Below are positions 1 to 13,917 of a stretch of DNA of 64,000 nt, piece by piece (the first letter of the stretch is position 1; each line of letters starts with the position of its first letter). The notes below the pieces were generated by a model. That model was given only the letters and a program-made list of their open reading frames with translations. It was not told where the DNA came from and searched no databases. This DNA comes from Octopus sinensis. Lineage: Eukaryota. The stretch is from positions 18,414,001 through 18,478,000 of the forward strand of contig NC_043006.1 of the NCBI RefSeq assembly GCF_006345805.1, in the 5' to 3' direction. Position numbers and translations under genes: made by a program.

Positions 1-737
1 TTTATTTTTAGAAACAAAAAGTATAGAAAGAAAAAAGTTCTCAAATTAAATTACAGCTCCAGAACTTTGGAACTCCTTGAGTTTAACTGGATTCTGTGTG
101 CATGCATAAAATGCATTAACTGAGAAAAAGAGATAATAAAACTGAAGATGCATAAGAAGATATAACTTGACTAGATAAATGTAATAAGTAAAAAGCAATA
201 AAAATCAGAAATCCTTGACAAAATTGCTGATGAAGTTTTCTGGAGGAAACTAAATATATGAACATATAAAGCTGTTTCATTGTAATTTCATGGAAGGAAA
301 TTTTGAAGCCTGGATTTATCTGTCGATGTGAAGAGAGAATGCAAATAGAATCATCCAATTTGTTTGATTAGTTTCATTAAAATCATGAAGCAATATCTTA
401 TCACTTAATGTTCAAAGCTGTCACTAGTGCACCATGAAAGACCTGTTTGGAATTGTAATACCGACAGAGGTTTAAACATTGGCTTTTACACTGTACTAAT
501 AAAACATATTGAAGCTGAAGTTTCTATACACACACACACACTCTCTCTTTCTCTCTCTCTCTCTCCCTCACACACACACACACACACAAACACACATGCA
601 TGCTCACACATCTATCTTGCCCTGTTTTCAGGAATGATTTTTCAAAGGAGACATTCTGTTCCATATAACCAAATGTGTGCGTACATGTATATGTATATGC
701 ATATAAATGAGTATATGTACATAAATATATATATATC

Positions 738-1035
738 ATCGTCATCATCATCATCATCACCGTTTAACGTCCGTTTTCCATGCTAGCATGGGTTAGACGG
801 TTCAACTGCGGTCTGGGAAGCCAGAAAGCTGCACCAGGCACAGTCTGATCTGGCAGTGTTTCTACAGCTGGATGCCCTCCCTAACGCCAACCATTCCGTG
901 AGTGTAGTGGGTGCTTTTTACGTGCCACCGGCATGGAGGCCAGTCAGGGCGGCGCTGGCTACGGCCATGTTCGGATGGTACTCTTACGTGCCACCGGCAC
1001 TGGTATCATAGCTACAAATTCCATTGATGTTGATC
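738..1035 (-). mobile_element. RTE LINE 3' UTR fragment
   Basis: (cat)n cgtttaacgtccgttttccatgctagc...; matches the reverse complement of the 56.9 kb tail. Confidence 0.85.
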
Positions 1036-1266
1036 GTATATATATATATATACAGTTGCGACCAAAATGTTCAGAACGGCATTGTTTTTGCCAGAAAAGT
1101 AGATATAAGTTTTCATCAAAGTTGTTTTATGTTCTATAATTTTCACAGACAATAAATACGATATTAATTGTTATTGTCAGAGATTTTGGTGTAATTTGAG
1201 AGGATAATACAAAAGTTATGTCTCTTTCGCTTTTTGAAATGGTAAGTTTTGATGCGAAGGAATTTG

Positions 1267-1770
1267 GGGGTTGTTTCTTATTTCTTTATTGCCCACTTTG
1301 TCTGTCCTCGTTTGTCCCCATACAGGGGACAGACAAGGATAGACAAAGTGATTAAGTTGATTACATTAACCCCAGTGTGTAACTGGTACTTAATTTATCA
1401 AGGTGAGCTGGCAGAAACGTTAGCACGCCGGGCGAAATGCTTAGCGGTATTTCGTCTGCGTTACGTTGTGAGTTCAAATTCTGCCGAGGTCGACTTTGCC
1501 TTTCATCCTTTCGGGGTCGATAAATTAAGTACCAGTTACACACTGGGATCGATGTAATCGACTTAATACCTATGTCTCTCCTTGTTTGTCCCCTCTGTGT
1601 TTAGCCCCTTGTGGGTAATAAAGAAATAGGTACTTAATTTATCAACCCCGAAAGGATGAAAGGCAAAGTCGAACTCGGCAGAATTTGAACTCAGAACGTA
1701 ACAGCAGATGAAATACTGCTAAGCATATCGCCCAGCGGGCCAACGTTTCTGCCAGCTCATCGCCTTAATT
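1267..1770 (-). mobile_element. SINE-A (tRNA-like head ggcggcgagctggcagaa) with a nested opposite-strand SINE-A at 1402-1629
   Basis: Inner copy flanked by 16-bp TSD gtacttaatttatcaa (1386-1401, 1630-1645). Confidence 0.9.
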
Positions 1771-2422
1771 TGGAGGTTGTTTCTATAAATCTAAAATATG
1801 ATAATTACTAAGGGTGCTAGGCAGCAAGCTGGCAGAACCATTAGCGCACTGGGCAAAATGCTTAGTGACATTTTGTCCATCCTTACATTCTGAGTTCAGA
1901 TTCTGCCAAGGTCAACTTTGCCTTTCATCGTTTTAGGGTCGATAAAATAAGTACCATTTAGGGATAAAATAAGCACCAGTAGATGAGTCAATTAAATCAA
2001 CTAGGCAATTGTCTTCCACTATAACCTCTGGCTGACCGAAGCCATGTGAGTGAATTTGGTAGACAGAAACTGAAAGGAGCCTGTATGTATGTATATATGT
2101 TTATATATATCTATGTATGTATATATGTTTATATATATCTATGTATGCGTGTGTCTGTGTTTGTGTTTGCCCCACCATCACCACCATTTGTCAACTGGTG
2201 TAAGTATATTTATGTCCCCATAACTTAGCTGTCCAGCAATAGATGCTGATAGAATAAGTACCGGGTTTAAAAGGAAAAGAAAAATGGGGGTTGGTCATCC
2301 AACTAAAAACTTTTGATAGCAGTGCCCCAGCATGGCCACAGTCTAATGACTGAAACAAGTGAAAGGTATAAAAGGGATGATGATGATGATGATGAATGTG
2401 GTGGTGGTGTTGGTGGTGGTGA

Positions 2423-2455
<33 letters not shown>

Positions 2456-2460
2456 ACGGT

Positions 2461-2676
2461 GGGGAGCTGGCAGAAACGTTAGCACGCCGGGCGAAATGCG
2501 TAGCCGTATTTCGTCTGCCTTTACATTCTGAGGTCGACTTTGCCTTTCATCCTTTCAGGGTCGATTAAATAAGTATCAGTTATGCACTGAGGTCGATATA
2601 ATCAGCTTAATCCATTTGTCTGTCCTTGTTCGCCCCCCCCTCTGTCTTTAGCCCCTTGTGGGTAGTAAAGAAATAG
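2461..2676 (+). mobile_element. SINE-A
   Basis: gagctggcagaaacgttagcacgccgggcgaaatgc ... gtgggtagtaaagaaat. Confidence 0.9.
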
Positions 2677-4399
2677 ATGGTAGTGGTGGTGATGATGATG
2701 GTGACGATGATGATGACAATGACGATGATGACGATGATGACGACGATGACGACGACGATGACGATGACGATGACGATGACGAAAAGGAATAAAATCAGGC
2801 AAAGAAGGGTGGGGAAAAAAAGCATACAACTGGGGTTGCGAAACTGTAAAACATATAAAAGTGGTTGATGGAACTAGTAGAATAAGCAGTATTCGTTAAT
2901 AAAATCAGTTTAATTCACTAATGTGGTTGTTTTTATTTATTATTCAGTGAGGGTGGGGTGGGACTAGATTTAAGCCTAGTTTTGTGTAAGGAATGACAAT
3001 AGTCAATTGAATCAATACTACATTATTTATATTGATTCAGTTATTGACCCTCTTGATTTTTTTGTTATTTTTAAAATTTTATTTTTATTTTATATATTTA
3101 CAAAGATTTAAATGTAAAACTGCTAGATTAATACTTGGCTATTTACATATTCCGTATATAGATCTGTGTCTCTGTTCAGCGTCTCCTTAATGTCTATCAA
3201 GGCAATGACACACAAACATTCAGATTCCCTCTTGACAGATTTCTTTTAAAATTTATAGACAAACTGTCTGTTTTACCTGGTTATGGCCTTTTCCATCTCA
3301 AAGAAAACAGAAAGAACAACAACAGCTACTACTTATATCTCTTATAAAACTAATTCTCTAATGAATGTTTGGATAGAAATCAAAATATTACTGGACTTGG
3401 AAGAAAATAAAAACGAAGTTGATCAATAGCTGTGTAACTAAATAATATAATTCATTTGCTTTGGTGCTGGATGTATTAGCCACTTTAAATTCTTTGCCAC
3501 TTTTATTGTATATAAACAGGGTATAGACCCACCCACCCTATTGTGCAGCCTATAGAGTAATTGGTGAGTGAGGAAAGGTAAAGTAGTATTGTGAGGTCCA
3601 TTAGTTTGGTTTCTCTGAGGACTTTGACCTCTCTGGTACTTGTGCCATGAAAAATATAACCAGAACACGATATAAAGTGGATACCAAACAAACAGAAAAT
3701 GTAAAGGGTTGTGTTCACCCCTTCAATTCCATATTAAGGACTTGCCAACTTCTCTAGAGCTGGTGTCATGAGAAAATTCATCCAGTACACTTTTCAAGTG
3801 GTTAGTGCAAGGAAGGGCATCCACCTGTAGAAACCTGGCCAAGATGACATGCATTTGAACATGATGGCTTGTCCAAGCCATGCTAGCATGGTAAGCAGAT
3901 AATAAAGTGTTGATGAACATGTAATAAGCATGACTGTTCTCTTGTATTCTTTAATGGTTCATTGGACCAGGCCGATTCTAATTTGGTAGACCTGTATATC
4001 TTTGGTTTATACAAATAGCTTATTGTTTAAACCTATGTCTGATCAAGTTTACTTATGAAAAATGTTCCTGTCATGACCATCTCACTTTTAGGAATGTGCA
4101 AGACTGCACTACATAATATGTTCTTCTTCTTATAAGATAATAATATGGGATTTGAAGACGATTTGGATACTATTTTCTATCAGGTTGAATGATAGCATCA
4201 AGGCTCATTTGTTTGGTTAAGATCAAATTGTAGGATTCATTATTATTCATTATTATCTGACAGTTTCTGTTTGGTTCTACTTGGTCTCTACTTGATTCTA
4301 CTTGGTTTCAGTTAGGTTATGGACTTCTTTCACCTGAGTTTCTCATCCTCTTGTTGTGATCAGTAAAACAGAAATACTACAACACTAAATTAGACAATG

Positions 4400-5025
4400 A
4401 ACTAGAAAAGCACTCAGAGAGCGCAGACCTCCGCCAAGCAGCTTATTTCCACCCATATACACGCATGCTGAAAGTTGCCCAATTTCCCAAACCAATGCTT
4501 TCAAAAACAGGTATAATCTGAAGCAGTTATAATACATCAATGACATCAGCAAGCTAGTTTCACAGCGGTGGTGGAGGGAGCAAAGCCTGAGATTTTTGAG
4601 TCGATCCCAAATAGTCAAGGCTTGTCATGTTATCCTCCGCAGATCTCTGCCAAGCAGCTTATTTTAAGATAGATACGTGAGTAAAATTCCTAATAGAGAA
4701 ACGAAAATAAACTTTGGAAACAGCAACACCACCATAGGTTAAGTGGAAACGATGAACGTGTTTTCAAGGGAGATAATCAAAGAATGTAACATTGTAATAC
4801 TTCATGTAAAGTAAATATAATAAATGAAAAATCCTTCAAGAATCCATAAAAATTCTCGGATCACTACCAAAATTTCATCATCTATTCCCTGTGTCATTAC
4901 CAACTTTTCCTGCAAGTTTAATCAAATACAGTTCACAACCTTTTGAGTTATTTTGCACACAGACGGACAGGCGGACAAACCAACACCAATGAAAGCATAA
5001 CTTCTTTCCTTGGCAGAGATAATAA
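4400..5025 (-). mobile_element. Helentron-type non-autonomous element (HINE-like)
   Basis: Subterminal inverted motif ttattatctctgccaagg ... cttggcggaggt, ending gcttttCTAGTT on the minus strand. Confidence 0.6.
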
Positions 5026-5808
5026 AATACACAATACCTTAGGAAAAGTAATGTATATATCCTAAAAAGATCCAATTTTTTACTGAATGTAAATGATTTG
5101 GCACTTCAAGGATTATGTGAGTACAAGTTTTTTAGAATGAGTTGAGCATTAGGTGAAATACCTTTGGTAATTAGTCATGGTCTTTTGTCCTGAGTTCAAA
5201 TCTTGCAGAGGTTAACTTTGAATTTAGTTTACCTTGAATTGATGGAATAAAATATCATTTAAGTACTGGATTTGATTTTATATCCTTGTAATGCATTCTA
5301 GATGTGAAGGGAATTATAACAGAAGATGAATATACAGGATACATACATACAGATGCACACATACACATATATACATACATACATGCACATGCATACATAC
5401 ATACACACATACATACGTACATGCGTGCATGCATAGGCACACACACACACATACACATACACACACTGACCCACACACATGCTAACAAACAAACAAAAAG
5501 GAATGCAGTATAAGTAACGACAGAGTCAAGACTACTGAAAAGGTTGCAAGATGCAACAAAAGTTTTAGGAAAATAAAAATAAGAAATAAGTGGAAATTTT
5601 ACCAGTGAGTGTGTTACATTATAAAGCACAAAAAGAAAATGACTCTCCCAGACACAACAGAATATGCTTCAACACACGAACTCACATAAAGAATCTTGCA
5701 AACCAAATCCAAAGACGAAATATTTAAAAACTAACGTTCCAGAAAAGAGAGAACGTAGTTTCTTGTATTTTACTAAGTAGATATCGTTACTGTTAAATAG
5801 TCTATTAA

Positions 5809-6219
5809 CTCTTTTACTCTTTTACTTGTTTCAGTCATTTGACTGCGGCCATGCTGGAGCACCACCTTTTAGTTGAGCAAATCGACCCCGGGACTTATTC
5901 TTTGTAAGCCCAGTACTTATTCTATCGGTCTCTTTTGCCGAACCGCTAAGTGACGGGGACGTAAACACACCACCATCGGTTGTCAAGCAATGCTAGGGGG
6001 ACAAACACAGACACACAAACACATACGCACACACACATATATATATACATATATACGACAGGCTTCTTTCAGTTTCCGTCTATCAAATCCACTCACAAGG
6101 CATTGGTCGGCCCGGGGCTATAGCAGAAGACACTTGCCCAAGATGCCACACAGTGGGACTGAACCCAGAACCATGTGGTTGGTTAGCAAGCTACTTACCA
6201 CACAGCCACTCCTGCGCCT
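5809..6219 (-). mobile_element. SINE-B (tRNA-like head aggcgcaggagtggctgtgtggtaag, internal (TA/TG)n, (gagtaaa)n tail)
   Basis: A/B-box-like head, central microsatellite, short tandem tail. Confidence 0.9.
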
Positions 6220-6298
6220 ATTACTATGATTCAACAATTTAATTATGCCATAATTTTAATTTAAATGACTCTCACTCTTTTTTGTTTCATTTTTCAAG

Positions 6299-6378
6299 TC
6301 GGAATCAAAATGAACTGATAAACACTAATTTGATGTTGGCCCAAACTTATATGCTTCTGGCTGAAGATGATGCGTATG
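6299..6378 (+). CDS. TTC23: Internal coding exon of TPR protein (TTC23/TTC23L-like): RNQNELINTNLMLAQTYMLLAEDDAY
   Basis: Pyrimidine-rich ttttcaag acceptor and G|gtaagt donor. The frame is open and ends in phase 1, matching the start of the 13918 exon (G|TG = Val). Confidence 0.65.
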
Positions 6379-6524
6379 GTAAGTTGAAATATCTAATCAT
6401 TTTCATGAACTGCGGGGGGAGCATAGGAAATGCTTGGTGTTCTGATTTGATTTGATTTTTATGGTGGTTGTTTAGCTTATGGTAATCCCCAAATGAGTAT
6501 CAGTTGAGCTTTAGGGTTCATATA

Positions 6525-6790
6525 TATTTCTTTACTACCCATAAGGGGCTAAACACAGAGGGGACAAATAAGGACAGACAAACGGATTAAACCCATTAAA
6601 AGCCAAAGTGGTTGGCATTAGGAAGGACATCCAGCTATAGAAACATTGTGAGTAACTGGTACTTAATTTATCGACCCCGAAAGGATGAAAGGCAAAGTCG
6701 ACCTTGGCGGAATTTGAACTCAGAACGTAACGGCAGACGAAATACAGCTATGCATTTCGCCCAGCGTGCTAACGTTTCTGCCAGCTCACC
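6525..6790 (-). mobile_element. SINE-A containing a short RTE-tail patch
   Basis: Reverse-complement consensus, with gtggttggcattaggaaggacatccagc inside it. Confidence 0.85.
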
Positions 6791-6849
6791 TAGGGTTCAT
6801 ATAATTGACTTACTCCTTCTCCCAAAGACGTCTGTGTGAGTAAACTTCA

Positions 6850-7330
6850 AGTTGAGTCAAAATTTTTGTTTTGTCTTTTGAGCTTTGATTACTGTTTCAA
6901 GCAAATTATATATGGCAAGCATTTATTTATCAAAATATATCCCACCATATTTTATTGCCTGTGGCTATCATTGTATGAGAAGCTCAATTCCATGCTTAAA
7001 CCACTTGGTTGGTTTAGAGGAAAAAAACTCCCCGCACCCATTTTCAACCTCATCCACATTGTCGAACCTCCATTTATACAGAAAATGAGCCATGGCTTGG
7101 GAAAGCAGTAATCTGATGGTGCAAAGTCTGGACTGTAGATAGAGAGAGGCAGCACTTCCAGACCCTTAAGTTCCTCAAGTTTGCACTTAGTCACTGTCAG
7201 TGTGTACTGGGGCTTTGTCATACTGTAGGAGTGTGCATCTTCCATTGACCAATGCTGACCAGCAGGTTTTCAAAGTATCATATGTTCACTGCAAGTGTTA
7301 AGCATGAGAGCATTGTTCTCCAATGTCTCA
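6850..7330 (-). mobile_element. Mariner transposase C-terminal remnant
   Basis: Minus ORF 6952-7245 contains YSPDFAPSDY, matching the mariner YSPDLAPxDY motif. Confidence 0.75.
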
Positions 7331-7835
7331 TTTACTGCTTTGTCTGGCTGTCTGTCTGTTGTCTGTTTCTCTCTCTCTTTCTCTCTCTCCTCTCTCTCTC
7401 TCTACCTCTAATGTCTCCTTCACTCTTTAAGATGACAAAATGGGATTTTAAGGCAGTTTGGCTGCTATGTTTAGCAGGTTGAGTAACTACATGGAGACTT
7501 CCCTGCTGACTCACTTTTTTTTTTTATTTCTGTAGTATTAAATAGCAGATGTAGAAAATTCTCCTCCTTGGAGAGTCTGCTAGTATGATAAAGTTAATTT
7601 ATCAGAAAGATCTGGTGTACCTACTTTTGATTGACATAAGCTGAAGCAATTCAAAATCACTAATTTTTCAAGAAATTCCAAGAAACAGTTGTTTTTGGCT
7701 TTAGAAACAAGAATCATTTTCTAGACTCAGCCTCAGACTACGATCTCAGCTTTAACAAATGATAAATCTTTTCATCTTTTAGTGCTATCAGGTTGATAAA
7801 TAATCTCTGCTAACTTTTTAACATAAATACAATAT

Positions 7836-8090
7836 ACTCTTTACTCTTTTCTCTTTTACTTGTTTCAGTCATTTGACTGCAGCCATATTGGAGCACCGCC
7901 TTTAGTTGATCAAATCAACCCCGGGACTTATTCTTTGTAAGCCCAGTACTTATTCTATCGGTCTCTTTTCCCGAACCGCTAAGTGACGGGGACGTTAACA
8001 CAATGTCAAGCAATGCTAGGGGGACAAACACAGACACACAACCCCCCCCACATATATATATATATATTATATATATATATTATATATATA

Positions 8091-8134
<44 letters not shown>

Positions 8135-8306
8135 TATATATACGACAGGCTTGTTTCAGTTTCCGTCTACCAAATCCACTCACAAGGCATTGGTCGGCCC
8201 AGGGCTATAGCAGAAGACACTTGCCCAAGATGCCACGCAGTGGGACTGAACCCGGAACCATGTGGTTGGTAGGCAAGCTACTTACCACACAGCCACTCCT
8301 GCGCCT
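7836..8306 (-). mobile_element. SINE-B
   Basis: Full reverse-complement consensus. Confidence 0.9.
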
Positions 8307-9481
8307 ATATAGGTAATATGTTCATGGCCAACTACATAGAAGTTTCTCCATTGCCTTCTTTTGGGTATTCTGTACAAGACAGATTGCTATGCCTGCCAGG
8401 ATGCTCAGAATATTAGGAACCAGAGGAAATACCACAAGTCATTTCATTTAATGGTCCAACAATTTGGGGGCTGAATATTAAGGTGGTAAGCTGGCAAAAT
8501 TGTTAGGTTGCCAGGCAAAATGCTAAGTGGCATTTCATTCACCATTATGTTGTGAGTTCAAATTCAGCTAAAGTCGACTTAGCCTTTCATAATTTCAGGA
8601 TTGATAAAATAAGTATCATTTGAGCACTGAGGTCAACATAATTGACTTACCCCCTCTCCCAAAGTTGTTTGCCTTGTGCCAAAATTTGAAATCAGTTTTG
8701 GACTGAAAGGGAGCCTGTGTTACTAGCTGATGAAAAACAATCCTTGGACAAATTTGACAACCATATTTGTGACAAAAGCGATAAAAAATATTCATTTTTT
8801 ATATATAACTGGAAGAAGAAAACGTTTAGGATAAATTTACTGCCAGCTGATATAGATATCAATAGATACATGTATGTGCTAACAGATAGTTAGATATATG
8901 CACATACACGATGCACACATATACACACATGCACGCATGTGCACGCACATAAGATGATAGTGAATCTAACAGCGAAGAAGGAAATGTTTTAAACCTTTGC
9001 TGCTTTCCAGAACATATTGTTTTGGCAAAGAACTATGGCGAGATAACATTGAACATGTTAAATTATGCTCTAAGGTCTTTAATTGATGGCTGTTCACATT
9101 CTAATTTCAAATCCTATTTTTGTTGACTTCACCTTTATCTCATATCCTTGGGGCCAAATAAAATGTAGAAATCATGTACAAAGGTTAAATCGATAAGCTA
9201 TACTTTATTTTGGTTCTTTTTTTTCTAATAATGTCAGAAGTAGACAAGCTGTGCTCAACAATCTTTTTAAAGTGTTTAAAACATGTAAGAGAACAGTGGA
9301 AATTATATGCAGACTAGGAACATGCGTGCATGTGTGTATATGTGTGCATCGTGTATGTGCATATATCTAACTATCTGTTAGCACATACATGTATCTATTG
9401 ATATCTATATCAGCTGGCAGTAAATTTATCCTAAACGTTTTCTTCTTCCAGTTATATATAAAAAATGAATATTTTTTATCG

Positions 9482-9806
9482 TCTGGCACCTGTGTCGGTG
9501 GCACATAAAAAACACCATCCGAGCGTGGCCATCTGCCAGCCTCGTCTGGCACTTGTGTCGGTGGCACATAAAAAACACCATCCGAGCGTGGCCGTTCACC
9601 AGCCTCGTCTGGCACCTGTGTCGGTGGCACATAAAATCACCCACTACACTCTCGGAGTGGTTGGCGTTAGGAAGGGCATCCAGCTGTAGAAACACTGCCA
9701 GATCTGACTGGCCTGGTGCAGCCTTCGGACTCCCCAGACCCCAGTTGAACCGTCCAACCCATGCTAGCATGGAAAGCGGACGTTAAACGATGATGATGAT
9801 GATGAT
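9482..9806 (+). mobile_element. RTE LINE 3' UTR fragment inserted in the right arm of an inverted duplication
   Basis: UTR repeats plus (GAT)n, interrupting the reverse complement of 8624-8940. Confidence 0.9.
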
Positions 9807-10279
9807 TTTTGTCACAAATATGGTTGTCAAATTTGTCCAAGGATTGTTTTTCATCAGCTAGTAACACAGGCTCCCTTTCAGTCCAAAACTGATTTCAAAT
9901 TTTGGCACAAGGCAAACAACTTTGGGAGAGGGGGTAAGTCAATTATGTTGACCTCAGTGCAACAGGCTCAGTGATCAATTAAATCTGTCACTAACTAGAA
10001 ATGGCTTCTCTGCTTCTATAAAGTTTCCCTCAGTTAAAATTCACTCTCAAGTCTTTGATCAACTCGATATTTATGCTGGAAGATAAGACATTGAGCTGAT
10101 GGAATTGTTAGCAAACCAGGCTAAATGCTTAGTGGCATTTCATCTGTCTTTGCATTCTGCTGAGATCAACTTTGCCTTACATCATTTCGAGGTCAATAAA
10201 ATAAATATCATTTGAGCCACTGGGGTTAATGTAATTGATTCAGCCCCTTCCCCCAAACTGCTGGCCTTGTGCCAAACAT

Positions 10280-10693
10280 GTGAAGACATGTTTGGGCAAG
10301 TGAAATCGAAATCAAAATCGAAATTGAACCTATCCTATGACTGGCACTCGGCAGATGCCAGGACCCCTGGACTGGTGGTACGTAAAAAGCACTATCTGAA
10401 TCATGGCTGATGCCAGCACTGCCTCGACTGGCTTCCGTACCGGTGGCACGTAAAATGCACCAGTCTGACCGTGGCCGTTGCCAGCCTCACGTGGCACCTG
10501 TGTGTGTGGCACGTAAAAAGCATCCACCACAGACACGGAGTGGTTGGCGTTAGGAAGGGCATCCAGCTGTAGAAACATTGCCAGATAAGACTGGAGCCTG
10601 GTGCAGCCTTCTGGCTTCCCAGATCCCCGGTCGAACCGTCCAACCCATGCTAGCATGGAGAACGGACGTTAAACGATGATGATGACGATGATG
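10280..10693 (+). mobile_element. RTE LINE 3' UTR fragment
   Basis: UTR consensus and (GAT)n tail. Confidence 0.85.
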
Positions 10694-11016
10694 AATATTT
10701 ATGGCTGAAGACACCTTACTTGAAAAGTTGCACTGTGGGATTGAACCCAAGAACACACAGTGACTAAGCAAGCTTCTTAATCACACAGTAATGCCAATGC
10801 CCAATAGTGCCAAAGAAGTTGATTGTTGGTAAAATATTTGAAACTTTTGGAGTTATGATATTGAATTTGCTTCTTTTATAAGATAGTATAAATATTTTAC
10901 GCACTTGGCATTAAACAACTGCATTATGTTTTGAAATTAGATTAGCATTGGAAAAAGTCAGGTACTTCAATCTAATTCTTTAAATGAATGCAGTTCCTTG
11001 AGGAATGCTCTTTCAA

Positions 11017-11052
<36 letters not shown>

Positions 11053-11515
11053 CAACAACAATAATACAGCTAAAGAACTAATCCTATATTGAATTTTGCT
11101 GCATTTCCATTAGGTTACCATTATTTCAAATTTGGTAATTGGTTTATGGTTTCTACAGATCTTAGCTAATGGAAAGAAACAAATTAAAGAAACATCACTT
11201 TACCATGAATGAACTGGCAACTAGTTTTTCACTTTTAATTCTAATTTGCGTTCGTTTTGAAGAGTGAGTAGTACCAGGTATAAAAAAAAAGTGGTAGTCC
11301 TAGAAAGCACAGAAGATTATTTGGATGGTTTCAATTATTGAGCGAAAGTAACAAATGCAAGAAAGTATCATTATCCTCATTTAGTATCCATATTCCATGT
11401 TGGCATGGGTTGAATGGTTTGTCAGAACTTGGAATGTCAGTGGCCTATGTCAAGCTCCAGTGTCAGTTTTGGCATGGTTTCTACAGCTATATACACTTCC
11501 TATATACACTTTATA

Positions 11516-11745
11516 GGCGGCGAGCTGGCAGAATCGTTAGCACGCCGGGTGAAATGCATAGCCGTATTTCGTCTGTCTTGACGTTCTGAGTTCAACTTCC
11601 GCCGAGGTTGACTTTGCCTTTCATCCTTTCGGGGTCGATAAATTAAGTACCAGTTACGCACTGCGGTCGATGTAATCGACTTAATCCGTTTGTCTGTCCT
11701 TGTTTGTCCCCTCTATGTTTAGCCCCTTGTGGGTAATAAAGAAAC
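11516..11745 (+). mobile_element. SINE-A
   Basis: Full consensus. Confidence 0.9.
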
Positions 11746-12277
11746 ATATATACGCTTCCTAATGCTAACCCCTTTACAGAATGTGCTGCATACATTTTTG
11801 TGTCACCAGCATTAGTGAGGCCACCAAGTAATATGTTAGAGAAGGGATGTAGTTTTGAGGGAAGTGTCTTTATGTCAAATGTTGGGATGCCAAAGTGTGA
11901 TAGTAGCATAGGAACAGGTGTCTTGTATGTTGAGGAGGTACATGATTACTCAAACTGGAAAAGAAAAGATGGTAGCGATCAGGTGTGTGGATGTATGTAC
12001 CCTTAGAGCACAAAAGGGCAAACATGAGGAGGATAGGGACAGAGGAATAGGCAAGTGGGATGGAGACAGAGGAGCAGGTACGTTCACAAGGGTGTGAGGT
12101 GAGCAACTGGTGTTCAACAATCTTTTCAACATGTTTAAGAAATATAGGAAGACAGTGAAAGTTATCTGCAGACTGGGAACAATCTGGACCAAATATTCCT
12201 ACAAGTAGGGTTGATTGCATTGATGACATCCAAGGGTCAGATAGAGTTAGTGATGATGGTGGTGGTAGTGGTGATAC

Positions 12278-12442
12278 GTTGTGAGTTCAAATTCCGCTGA
12301 TCTCGACATTACCTTTCATCCTTTCAGGGTCGATAAATTAAGTACCAGTTATGCACTGGGGTTGATGTAATTGACTTAATCCATTTGTCTGCCCTTGTTT
12401 GTCCCCTCTATGTTTAGCCCCTTGTGGGTAATAAAGAAATAG
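12278..12442 (+). mobile_element. SINE-A, 5'-truncated
   Basis: gttgtgagttcaaattccg ... ataaagaaatag. Confidence 0.85.
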
Positions 12443-13400
12443 GTGGTGGTAGTGGTGATAGTGGTGGTAGTGGTAGTAATGTTGCTGAACTCTGTGATCA
12501 GTTAGAAATGGTTCCTCTGCCACTAATTAGAAATGGTTCCTCTGCTTCTACAACGTTACCCCTCAGTTACAATTCACTCGCAAATCTTTGAACAACCCAA
12601 TATTTATGATAGAAGGTATCTTATCTGAAAAGTTAGGTGGGGATATGGTGATATAGGTGATACGGTGAATGGCAACGATTAATATCAGTTTGAGGAAATG
12701 GTAAAGGAAGCAAGAGTGAGTCAGGGAGAAGAGGGTGATAAGTGGCAGTACAAAAATAGGGGGAGAACAGCATTATAAAATATAAACTGTATTGTTGAGA
12801 AATAGGGAGTTGTTGTGAAGTCGCTGAGGGAGAGGGAAAAATTCTTAGATGACAGAGAGAAAGTACCAATTACTTTTCTGGCAATATCTCAGACTGGTAA
12901 GACTGTTACAGAAGTGAGAACAGAAGTACACAATCTTATGATCATGAGTCCAACACCCTAACCACTAAGCCATGTGCCTCTACTAAATGGTTGGATGGTT
13001 TGATATGAATGGATGAGCCAGAGGGCTAAATCATGCTCTAATGTCTGCTTTGGCATAGTTTCTGCAGCTAGATGTTCTTCTAATGTCAACTACTTCTCAG
13101 AGTATGCTTGGTGTTTTTGTCATACACCAGTACTGATGCAGTCACCAAGCAGCACCTGCAAGACAAGACACCTTGACTGAGTGGAGCAGAGTATTGAAGA
13201 ATAAGAAAGTAAGACAGAGGGACAAGAGCAGGTGCCTTACTCAAGAGTTGAATAGATGGCATTCCCATATGGAGAGAAAGGGCAAGAGTGATGTAAGGTC
13301 AGAGTACAAGAGGAATATGACAAACAGAATAGGATAAAGGAACAGTAGAGGTGTGTCGCCATAATGATAGATCAAATATCTACTTTAGTAGATAGCTATA

Positions 13401-13777
13401 TCTTTATATATAAAAGAGAGGTTGTGTGTCTGTCTCTTACGATTTAGATACCTAACTACTTCCACATTTTGCGGTGCAGTTTAACCAAAACCGGGTATCT
13501 TATAGTCGTGATTCATATCGAGCCCTTCTGGGTATTAGTGTGTATCTACGATGAGTCTACGATTTTTTTCCATTTTAATGCATTTTTTTTGCTATTATAT
13601 AAGGGAAGTAACTCTCTAAATATGTCTACGATGAGTCAACGATTTAAAAAAAAAATCTACCATAATTTTTTTTCCATTTTTAATGCATTTTTTGCTATTT
13701 TTTGGCTATAACTCTCTAAAAATGCTTATATAGTTATTTCCCTTACAAACCCGAGCAACGCCGGGCGATACTGCTAG
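13401..13777 (+). mobile_element. Non-autonomous Helitron
   Basis: A|TC start, 3' hairpin cccgagcaacgccggg, CTAG|T end. Sister copies at 27478 and 49319. Confidence 0.85.
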
Positions 13778-13917
13778 TCTTTTATAAAAGAATCTCTCAA
13801 TATCTGGTATTTATTTCATTGATCTTTAAATAATATAATGCTAAAGTGAACTTGTTAAGATTTGCCAAGCAGATGTGCATGCACCAAGCTAATGACAAAT
13901 CTGTGGCAACTTTGCAG

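Noticed and set aside
220-255. CTGATGAAG...GGAAAC near the window start
   Set aside because: No helix I, helix III or UH site; expected by chance in AT-rich DNA.
1181-1241. Exon ending at a strong gtaagt donor
   Set aside because: Stops in all three frames from the available acceptors. It could be a UTR exon, but the sequence alone cannot support that.
8720-8835. CTGATGA ... GAAAACGTTT as a hammerhead
   Set aside because: No helix I or helix II pairing can be drawn.
9011-9284. Candidate cassette exons in the hairpin spacer (9011-9074, 9238-9284)
   Set aside because: Neither preserves frame between 6378 and 13918, the peptides are not TPR-like, and direct 6378-13918 splicing already gives a continuous match.
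11760-13370. Purine-biased coding-like tracts (also 46000-46640)
   Set aside because: Probably ancient LINE debris, but no diagnostic motif survives well enough to call.
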